DNA of 60,000 bases from Botryllus schlosseri (lineage: Eukaryota), in assembly GCA_051294905.1 (NCBI GenBank), contig CM119371.1, positions 10,046,001 to 10,106,000 on the forward strand. Direction: 5' to 3'. Below the pieces are notes generated by a model that saw only the letters and a list, made by a program, of their open reading frames with translations, was not told the DNA's origin and did no database searches. A program made the position numbers and the translations under genes. Positions 25,914 through 36,600 of this stretch are shown one piece after another (positions within the stretch are counted from its first letter, which is position 1; every line of letters begins with the position of its first letter).

Positions 25914-26893
25914 TTAGACTTGTTTAGCATCTTGTAAATATGTCCAAAGAAAAATAATAGCCATCAGAAAGCATAACAAAAATTGAATCGGAAACAAGTC
26001 ACCGCACGCGGAACTGTAATTATCCATCAACACACGTACGCAGGCTGTGCTAAATGTCATTAACACAACTCCACCTGTCGCCAGGATGCTATACGATTTT
26101 AATCGAATAGGGCTAGTCAGGTTGGCAGTTATTCCCGATCCACGAAGTTTCAGACAAATCATCAACGCAGAACGGGTGGACGTTAAAGTCAAATATGATG
26201 AGTGAACACCAGCTAGGTTTTTTTAATGGAAGCTAGCTACTGAATCAATGAAGCTTAGGATCAGCAGTGAAGAAACGCGAAGTATTGTCAGTCTCGGTTT
26301 GGAAAATCTGTCAAGAATTTGACCAACTATAGGCCCCACAGCAGTTGCGGTTACGATTCCAATGATAAACAGCAACCCCACAAACTGATCGTTCAAATAG
26401 GGAAATTGTTTCAAAATCAATGAAGATGTAATGGTGGCGCCGTACGCTCTGTCGGACATCGTGAAAGCGTACAGTATAAAAAATATCGCGTATGGGCGAT
26501 AGGAGAATAGAAATACGACGTCTTTCAACTCTATTGACAGGCTTTAGGTCGGAGATGTCTGGACTAAAGGGCTATTTTCGTTTAGTGTTTGATCATCAAG
26601 CAATTCGCCGCAACCACAACAACAGTAACAATACAACCACTGATCCATTACATTAATCAATTCCCAGGATGTTACACTTGTAAGTCGGTCATGGCTGGAT
26701 CGATTACGAAATATCTCGACGTGATATCGTTGACAAAGGAGAATGATCCGAAACCGAAGACATCCAATACGGTGATGAAACACACTATCGATGAAATGCC
26801 CCATCTTTTCCACGCGACGCGGTGCCTTTCCCTCTCAAACAGGAACGTCTTGTCGGATTCTGAATCATAACCGCTGCCATTCAACTTCAGCAA
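25914..26893 (-). pseudogene. MFS transporter (SLC49/FLVCR-like) pseudogene, copy 2
   Basis: RHRVAWKRWGISSIVCF...SRYFVIDPAMTDLQV N-terminus; C-terminal half with GPIVGQILDRFSK (MFS motif A-like); start codon lost, internal deletion, stops. Confidence 0.65.
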
Positions 26894-28319
26894 ATACTCG
26901 ACCTGCCGTCTCTAACTCGGTTCGGTTTCAATGTACTTTCCGTAATGGCTTATCAATTCAGGAAACAACAACAACAACAACAACACTCCGATTACTTGAG
27001 CAACGACCACGAGAAGGATCATTCGTGGCGATACGGAAGGAAGAAACACAGAGATCGATACGCCGTGAATACCTATTTCTGAGAAAATAGGGGATGATAT
27101 AATGCGACAAATTCTATTTATTTACTGAATGAGAAGCATAAACTTCACTGATGTCATCAATTGCCAGTTGCTGTACAATGCACATATTTTAAACGGTTAC
27201 CATAGTATCAGTTAAGGATGCGTCTCCAAGTATTATTAGTGGCTTTCTTTAATTTTCAGCTTGGCGTTGATCAGAGGCACGATCTTGGTTAGTAGAATTG
27301 CGGGATGAATGATTAGTAGAATGACTAAATCATTTGAATTTTAGGTTATAGAATTTGTTTTACCCCCAAGTAGCCCGCCTATAATAGTAAGTCACTGCAT
27401 GTCTTCATTGCCTACGTCTCATGACATTCATAAAACGCAGCATCAGCAACCGCTCATTGAACATCTGTGAGCTACAGTATGATATGTATCTCATATATCA
27501 TACATATACTCATATTATAGCAGTGGTTCCCAAACTGTGGTGTGCGTACCACCAGTCTTTCTCAAAATTCTCTCAGGTCGTACGCGATAAGCCTCAATTC
27601 AGCGGATCGAGAAATTAATGAATTTTACAATTCAATGAAGCGAGATCTGTACTAAATAAGAAGGCTTCATAATCAGGCATAACAAAGCTTACTTGATTAG
27701 GCTGTCGATGTAAAATCGGACAACGTCATATATCCCCAAATTTTAAGACCCTTGCATTGATCTATGGCTTATGGAGTGGAGCATGGACTGGAGTCGGGCT
27801 GGATATCCGGCTTAATTTTCGACCAGAGCTGGTTCTGAGCCAGATCAGTAGTTTTTTCGATACGGCCGAAGTCGGATCGGAGCCGGATCAGTTCCTTTTA
27901 CTAAGGCAATAAAATGATACAATAATCCCACAAAATCAATATCTTCTGTCGTTTTGCAAACACTTTCGACTAGGACTTACAAGGGGATATAAGCTTTCGC
28001 CTTAACGGTCTAGGCCAGACGGGACAATGCATTGGGCGTCTGAGTAAATTGCTACGTTGATATTGAGGAGAGCGCAAAGCGGGTTTCTATACTTGCTAAC
28101 AATATGACCCCATTAACAAGTTATGCAGCAGTAGCCAGCACCCCAATTGCACGGAATTGGTTTTTATGATACAATAAACATATGAAGTCAATATTGACCC
28201 TGGCCCCGTATGCCTGCTAAATTTGTTAAATCAGACTACAATATCAATTTCATTGATTGGTTGAATAAGCATCATTCACTGACTACCTACATGTAGTGGA
28301 TTTAACTCTTGATGTTGTG

Positions 28320-31300
28320 CACCAGCGTATTAGAGGAGTATGCGACGGATGCGGCCGCATCCCCAAATGTTTCCGATATCCAAATATTTGAAATTTTTTA
28401 TGAATTGATTATTTTAGTTAAACGATAATTTCAAAAGAATACTCTAATCTGTTTCCTTACTATATTACAATAGCATTGACAGAAAATTGTTGTACAATAT
28501 ACATGGAGTAGGACAGTAGGTATATATTTAGGGAACAGGTATCTTTTTGAAGGCAGTACTCTTGGTGCACCCTTTATGGAATTAATGACATCATGACAAG
28601 CGTATGAACTGATCATCAAAGTTTCCATTATCCACTTATTTCGATTCAGGTTTCAGCATATTATGACCGTATTCGCATATACGCTATGTAATAGATGGAC
28701 TTTCGGCAATCTTCCGCCATATTAGCTTGGTTAGCTTTTCCTCTCTTTAGAAATGTTTTCCACATATTTTTGATCTTGGTTTCTGCATATTATGACAGTA
28801 TCACTGTCCGCTGTCATCGGTGGAGATTGGGCAATCTTCTGTCACATTATCCTGGAGCTCGCACTGTTCTCCTTACTCTCTTTAGAAATGTTTTCCACAT
28901 ATTTTTGATCCTGGTTTCGGCATATTTTGAACGTATCACTGTGCGCCATGTCATCGGTGGACATTGGGCAATCCTCCGCCAGATTAGCCTAGAACTTGCA
29001 TGGATGGCCTTTCCTTTCTTTAGAAATGTTTTCCACATATTTTTTATCCAGGTTTCTGCATATTATGACAGTATCACTGTCCGCTGTCATCGGTGAAGAT
29101 TGGGCAATCTTCTGTCAAATTAGCCTGGAGCTCGCACGGATGGCCTTTACTTTCTTTAGAAATGTTTCCCACATATTTTTGATCTTGGTTGATGCATATT
29201 ATGACAGTATCACTGTCCGCTTTCATCGGTGGAGATTGGGTAATCTTCTGTCAAATTAGCCTGGAGCTCGCACGGATGGCCTTTACTATCTTTAGAAATG
29301 TTTCCCACATATTTTTGATCTTGGTTAATGCATATTATGACAGTATCACTGTCCGCTATGTCATCGATGGTCCATCTGCACCTAATTCACCATCTTCTTA
29401 TGGTGGTGAAGTTTATATTTTCCGCATCTTCTTCTATGGCATAAAATAATTTGAAGGTTTCTAAACCATACAAACTGTTATGAGATAATAATGATTGACA
29501 CTATAGACTTGCAATTGCAACCTAATACTTATTACGAATATAGAATTGGTCAGCCCTACGTATACTGATAGAATCGGTGACCGCCGTTACCGGTACTTGA
29601 CCTGCATTTTTCTATGAAATAATAACTGTACCTACATTTTCTTGCAAAGCAATAAGGTCAAAAATACTGAATTTCTTATTGCTTATTAACTATTTTTGGT
29701 CACTCTGAGTGACTCACTCATCGCCGAGAATGACACAAGCTACAAGCTAGACGCAGTAGACTCGTCAGTGGTCACTGGGTTGGAACAAAACATTTGAGGT
29801 CATAGGTGAACGAACATATTCAGTCATCATTCCGGATATCAAAACGACTAACAGAGAAAATAGTGGCATAAACCAAGGGTTTATTCCTAAATGTAATAAA
29901 AATGAAGTAATATCGTCATATCATGTCTTGGAAAGGGCAATCGAATATCACAAGCATTATTTCAGCTACGGTTCATCGCACACTAATCCAACAGAATATG
30001 TGTTTGGTTATTCGGTTCCCGCCATACCTAGCTCTCTGCCACTTTATTCATGCCCAATTGCATTGAACAATGTTTTTGTCTTTTGTGTTGGCTGAGGGAG
30101 AATAAGAAGTATCGCACTGTTGGGAATTTGTTAGAATCGGAAATTCATGCAGAAAGCAGGTAAGTTGTATATTTTTTTAATTGAGATTTTCAAGAAAATA
30201 TGTTAGCATTGATAGGCAGTATCCAAAGTTTGGATTCCTAACTAGTTCTTGTCGTTTTCGCCTATCGGGTATACCGTATTGTTCACCAATAAAGTGTGGG
30301 TCAGTTGCTGGCTAACTTAAGGAATAGCAAAAAGTAGTGTAATTACTAAAAAGTCAGGAACGGTTTTGAATATTGCCCAGGTAATCCATTGGACATGCAT
30401 CGAAAGAGAAGTTTTCGGACATTAACTGACATGCAAGACTGTCGTCAATCCATATCTGGATGCTGCATCCTGCAAAGAAGAGCATATAAAGTCTGCCAAT
30501 TGTTCAATTGAATTTAGTGCTGAAGAGAACCTTAAACAAAGAAACTTAACATTTACACCCATTTCTCGGCCACTTGGAATGGAACATTCACACCCGTCAG
30601 TACTGGTACCTATTGACAGTGCACAATCACATGGAAAGTCCTGCTCAAGATATAACTACTGTGGCAGCGATTGTTTTGCAAGTGTCTCTTTCTTCAGTCA
30701 ATGCTTCGTTATCTGTTACGAATTTTGCAATGTCAAATATTGATCCGGCACTGATTGATGATTTCAAAAAATGTGCTGACGACAACATTGAGCCTCACCA
30801 ACCTATTTTACAACGCTACAACCCAAAGAAATATGGCGACAGGAAAGAAACAAGAGATTTCAACCCAACTCTTCAAAACTCATCCCTGGTTAACTTGTAA
30901 TGAAAATGACAAGACTATGGAACGCTGTCCATGCCTAAAATTCAACAAATCAAATGATGGATTCAACTATTCACAATGGAGAATGCCTCAAAAATTGGTT
31001 AATCATGCAAAGCCAAGACTCGCCTTTCAGCGATGGAAAAATGCGGACTGCACTGCTGAAAGTGCATTTTCAAGATAAAAAAGACTGAAATTCATATCTC
31101 AGATCGACTATGGGTCAGACACAACATATCAACAAGGCGGAATTTTACCTTTAATGAGAAATAACAAATATTGTCAATATTGAGCACATCATTGATGTAG
31201 GCCCATTTGGTATGCATCATGGCGGAGACAAATACTTATTTCGAAATGGTAATACTGCCCATAAATATCCGAGCCTAGATTAATTTCGGATTTCATTTCA

Positions 31301-31473
31301 GTGATGGGATATATTTGCTTTCACTTTATTGCAGTTTGTCCTAAATAAGTAAAGTACTTCCCAGTGCGTCATCTACACTATTAAGTGCTTTATTTATACT
31401 TTTGTGGCTCACTGTCTATTTTGGCGAAAAAAAATTTCGCATCCCCAAAAGTTTTTCCTCCCATACACCTATG
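28320..31473 (+). mobile_element. Non-autonomous hAT element (Tip100/ZMYM-like) with TTF-type zinc-finger remnant
   Basis: TSD ATGTTGTG (28312-28319, 31474-31481); imperfect TIR caccagcgtattagagg / cctcccatacacctatg; cgcatcccca near both ends; remnant RDFNP..FKTHPWLT..CPCLKF..FNYSQWR..LVNH at 30790-31020. Confidence 0.75.
28645..29370. repeat. ~136-bp tandem repeat, about 5 copies
   Basis: ttagaaatgttt recurs at 28747, 28882, 29020, 29156, 29292. Confidence 0.9.
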
Positions 31474-32280
31474 ATGTTGTGTCATTTCGAGTCAAGTTCA
31501 CAGCTAGAAGAGAGTCACTAAATATTTACAAACGGAAAGCTGTATATTTCGAGCAAACTTTTGTAGCAAAGCAAGCAAAATATTCAAGATTGTCAAGGTA
31601 CATACTCGTTTAGTGTTGATATTGTTATGCTGCTATCGACATGCACAAAGTGGCCCGCAGTCGAAATGCAATAAATTTCAACCAAGGATGTTACAATGAA
31701 GTGAAAATATTAATATATGAAAAAGGTTCACAGTCCAGAACCTACCAAGGTTCATTTGTGAACGTCAACCTCTAAATGTCTGAGGTTCATACAGAGAACG
31801 CGAACGTGAACCTCACGTACACACCATCCCTAGTACACGCCAAGGTGGGTTAGATACCGCGTTCAACGGAATATCTTCAGTCAGGTGATTTATGTCAAAA
31901 TCGGGCTTGATGTATTCTATTTCTGCCGCGTACGACATATTTCCTTCAAAACATCGACTGACAATGACAACTATAAAAATTTCGATCTCTGCGTGACTGC
32001 TGGAGCGTGATGTGTTTGTGGAAATTTCATAACGGTGGCGTTCTGAAGAAAACGGCTGCGGCCAATTTTTTTTTCGTTTTGCCCTTCAATTTGAGATCAC
32101 ATAATTTTTAGAGTGCAGTGCCCCGTTAAAGTGAAACGTTCCTGGAAATAAACCGCATGCTATTACTAAGTCCAAGCTGGCGTAATTATTTCAGATAATG
32201 GAAGGGTTTGATCGCTGCGTTTTTAATGACATGTTAGCATTGTTTCAATCAATATTCAATGCAATCTTGTGAGCAGATAA

Positions 32281-34098
32281 CACTGATCAACACAGCCATG
32301 GGGCTATTTTAACCAAAATCTCCCATTTTCGCTGTAATGGCTAGATAGGAAGGCGGCTCAGTCGTACTATAAAGTTTAGAAATTCAATCTACTTGTTATT
32401 TTCACAGGGGCACACTGAAGACTCTTTTAAATCAAAATACAGCAACGGCAGTATATTTAGGGTATCAGATTTATCATAGTTATGGACTTTCACGGATATC
32501 GTGTACATAAATAAACTCCAGTCATGTACAGAAGTATTTACCTGGATACTCAAATAGAGAGGCATTGATTCAATCAGTTTTACGTCCACCATCTATTGTA
32601 AATTTGAAATTATCAGTTGGAATATTTTATTTATAATTTGTTTTAAAGCACAATTGTTTTTGTACGATTTCCGCATCTAAGCAATTTAGTATAGTTTCTT
32701 GAAAGGTTCCAGCAATGGTCTGCCATAATATGTTCATCCCATCTGTCCCAATATCTTTCTTTTGTTGTTTTGATGTCTTGGTGGATCTTCTCTCCTTACT
32801 AATCAACAATATCACCAGGAAATATGCCAAGATGACCGAACAGGAAGTGAACTTTTATGCTCATGTTTGTTCCTAATTTTCTATATGCAGAAAGGAATTT
32901 TCGGACCTGCTATTTATTGCTGGGTGCTTTGTGATCATCTAAAAAGTTTTATTTACTAGACCTTAGGATAAATTCCATGCAACGAACTCCTTACTAATAT
33001 GAAATTGGAATATTTCATCCGTATTCGAATCTGAAATTTATCGAATATACCAGATTTAAGCTTCTCGTTTGATAGGGATGCAAAAGGTATACCCATTTGG
33101 TTGACTCGGCGAAAAATTATCAATTTAAAATTCAAAGGAAATGAGACACATATGAGTATTTTAGTTTAGCTTTTCAAGGACAAATTTTATAGCTTTATAC
33201 TCCTCTTTCATCTTGGTAGAATGCAGGGTTGTAATGAATCGAGTTATGACGATTTTCTGATGACTCAACTTGACTCGAGTCATTTTCTCGAAATGCAGAA
33301 ATGACTCGACTTGGACGCGAGTCATTGCGCATGACTGGAGACACAGAAGGCCAAGACAGATATTCATCATAATTTCGAATAATAGTAAGTAATCACCCTA
33401 TTGGGACTTCGTCTCTGAGTACTAGTACTTGAAAATGCGTTCAGAAAGTCTTGGAATTGAGAGAAATTAGTATATTATAAATGCCAAGCATTCAATATCA
33501 CCAAACAGAGTTCTAAAAAGTGAGTTAAACAAGATTTTAACTGGAAGCTGAACAGTCAACACATTGACTCTGACTCGGACTCGAGTCATAATACCATGAT
33601 TCGGATTCGACCCTCTGCTCGATGACTCGGACTCGCACTTGACTCGGTGGTGAGTGGAAAATGACTCGACTTGATTCGAGTCAAAACTATAAAAGTGAAA
33701 TTGACTTGTGACTCGGAGCCTTGTGACTTGGTTACAACCCTGGTAGAATGACTAATTGATACAGGAGAATATGTATTACCGTTGTGCAAAAGTGCCATTT
33801 TTAGGCTTGACAAACTGCTTTTTTGACACACAAATATTCCGCACCAGGTCATGTTAATATTGATAGAATGACTGAGAATGACATGAGGGTTCTTCATCGT
33901 CAATTATCTATTAATGCGCAATATAAGATTAGAGAAAACTATAATTTTTTGCCCATCAAATGAAATATTCAAAGGCTTTTTTAGGGGTATAAATATTTTC
34001 TGAACAGTAGCCAATCAGGCAAAATGTGATATTCGTAATCAGCAACCTCGAAAACCACAGAAACGGCTCTCTCATTTTTTACATTTTGTTGACCAGTG
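32281..34098 (-). mobile_element. Chapaev3 (CMC) DNA transposon derivative
   Basis: Termini cactgatcaaca / tgttgaccagtg with 3-bp TAA TSD; transposase remnants SLKMALLHNGNTY, KEEYKAIKFVLEKLN, MSIKVHFL, RYWDRWD..MADHCWNL on the minus strand. Confidence 0.8.
33224..33742 (-). mobile_element. hAT MITE with GACTCGAGTC repeats, nested in Chapaev3
   Basis: TIR cagggttgtaa / ttacaaccctg; TSD GTAGAATG; inverted homolog of 44989-45574. Confidence 0.92.
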
Positions 34099-35787
34099 TA
34101 ATTATTGTCGTAGTTTTTCGGACCGGATAACGGTCATTTCTAGAATCCGGCCTTGTAGTCGTACCGGAGTCGGACAAGAGCTTTAAAAACAGGATTGGAG
34201 AAGGACCAGAGAATATGTCGATCCGCTCCGCTGTACTATGGCTGAATTTTACTAGTCACTGCATCTTACTTTTAGAGAGCAGTTAGTATCAAATTCAGGA
34301 TCCTCCCAATATCAATATCAATTATTCACATGCTGTATATAGCCGAGTGCCATGCATCAGAACAAGAATCGTGAGACACGTTACAAATCGATTTCCATAA
34401 ATCTTATATTACGACCGATCTGAGAATACTTTTTAGACTCGATTGCACAAAACCGAAAAATATTTCTCGCTTAGCGCGGTCATTTTAGGTATAAGAGATC
34501 CGCGCAACTCGTAGGCGAAATATCAACAAGCGGTATAGACGTATCCAATAGTCAATCACTGAATAAATCTGGTATTCTTGGCAAACCGCGTATGAAGGAC
34601 ACTGACGATTTTTATGCTGTAGATTGTACATCTTAGGTGGTACGGGAACGCTGTATAAAATATTAAAAAATGAAACACGGGTAACCAAAGTTAGGGCAGC
34701 ACTATATCTAAGGTTGCACTTAAAACAAAAATGAATTCATGAGCCTTGTTTAGAACATTTTTTTATTGATTTACGAAACCTTAATTATGTCGTCACAGTG
34801 CATTGACATTGCCAATTGAAACTGTAGGGTAAATATGGGGTGAATATCACACCTTACAGGGGTGTGTTCCGATGTGGTGACCATGTATGGCTCCACCTAC
34901 ACATTTTTCTGTACCACCTTCCAGACTAACCAACACGCAAAATGACGAATAGATGCAATTTTAGAAATATATTCCGCTACCGTGATACAGGTGTTTCGTT
35001 CAGTTTTTATGACAATTTCACTGGTAAAAGTGATACAGACTTATATTAAACTACGCTATACTTTGCAAGGTACAAGGTTTCTCATGTAAATAGCGTCGCT
35101 GGAAAAACTGTTAAGTAGAAGTAATGCAGAGACGTAGCCAGTAAAGTAAGTCAGATTGAGAACGTCGAAAAGTAGAAGTAGGGTACTTTGCTACTGTCCA
35201 ACTTCGAACACGTAGGGGTGGCTGTTGAAATAAGATTAAGGAAGAGCCTCCATTTACCCATGATGTCTAGTCTATGCGGCCGTCGGTAAGTGCCAATGGT
35301 CGACAACTAGTGGCATATTCCTCATATATTCTGTGCTTTTTGCGTTGTCTGATAGAGAAGCATTTCTTCAACCGATGAGACCAAAACACGTATAAATATG
35401 CATTAAGAATTACTGACTTGTAAATGAGCTATCAAGGGTTGGAGATTGAATCTGAATTTCAAAGGAGGTGGGTTTGAGTTTGAAACGGGACGGCTTCTGA
35501 CCCGCAAGACCCTGGCAACGTTACTTTTAGTAGTGATGGTTGGAACAACATCACACCACAGAACACATAGGTATCACGTTTCATGACAAACGACGATACG
35601 TCATGTTCTCCAGTTGTTGCTCTACAACAATATTTCTAGTAAAATGCGCAAATAGAACTAGAACTGCTTTCCAAACTATGCAACCAGAACTAGTCAAAAC
35701 CACTTGTTAGTTTACCGTGACATAACTAGATCTATAGTTTATACAAATCTGCTGTGGCCAATTTTTGACCCATACACTGAGAACGAC

Positions 35788-36025
35788 TGAACTGTAGTTT
35801 GTCAGCATAAATCAGATACAACTGTCCCGTGTTAGTGCTTGCCCTGACAGCTTCAACGAATGTATAACGACATTTACCTCTTTCCCACGTATTCATCGAA
35901 TAAGTTACCGCAATATGTTGTACGAGTCCTAAAAATGTGCACCGGAGGTACGCAAGATTATGTAGCATGATAGTGACAGGCTTGTATTAAAATGAGCACA
36001 ATGTTCATGACTAGCACAGAGATCT
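35788..36025. repeat. Diverged direct repeat 1 flanking the ZF array
   Basis: Shares tgacagcttcaacgaatg, gtattcatc..ataagt..ccgcaata, aaatg.gcacc.gag.tacg and cacagagatc with 38600-38835. Confidence 0.7.
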
Positions 36026-36239
36026 ACAAGCCTCCGCTGTACCAATGCCTCTCGACGGATTTAAGCATTTACCCGTTTATTTGACAAGATGTAGTAGTTC
36101 ATTTCGACGCCTTCCCATCTTACAATTCTATCACAAACATCTGCGGTTCAGAAATGATTAATTTCCGGAACCGCACATTTCAAACGGAATGAAACTCGAA
36201 CTAATTCCTGTAAATTTTTTTGCATGAATGATAAAAGCA

Positions 36240-36600
36240 TGATTAACGATCCCAGCCTTGATGTTTGAGGTCGGTTTTCCGAGTAAATGATTTCTCCCGG
36301 ATGGCACTTGAGATTCCCTTCCCAGTAAATGTTTTCCAACATATGGCACATTTACGAGTTTTAACGCCGGCATGTATGTCCATATGACGCGTGAGGCTAG
36401 TCTTCTCAGTAAATTCTTTTCCACACAGCACATTTATGATATTTGATTCCAGCATGCATATCCATATGACAATTCAGGTGATTCTTTCGTGTAAATGTTT
36501 TACTACATACATCACAGTTATGATTCCTAATACCAGCATGTATATCCATATGTAGCATGAGGTCTCCCTTTCTAGTAAATGCTTTCCCACATACATCACA
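36240..36600 (-). pseudogene. Decayed continuation of the ZF array (fingers 21-24)
   Basis: After the in-frame TAA: CDVCGKAFTRKGDLMLHMDIH and CDVCSKTFTRKNHLNCHMDMH, then a 2-bp deletion and degenerate fingers. Confidence 0.8.

Larger units (their letters stand above)
27907..31832. mobile_element. 5'-truncated copy of the TAGGGATGGTGTGA MITE, split by the 28320-31473 insertion
   Basis: 27907-28319 resembles ~9150-9600; 31474-31832 resembles ~9600-9919 and ends acaccatcccta. Confidence 0.7.

Noticed and set aside
28645..29370. Possible CRISPR array or repeat-encoded membrane protein
   Set aside because: Whole units are repeated with no unique spacers, no cas genes are present, and the unit length is not a multiple of 3 so frames shift
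17601..31832. Composite transposon carrying MTase 2 and MFS between inverted MITE ends
   Set aside because: The outer flanks (cttggtgg vs gtacacgc) do not form a TSD
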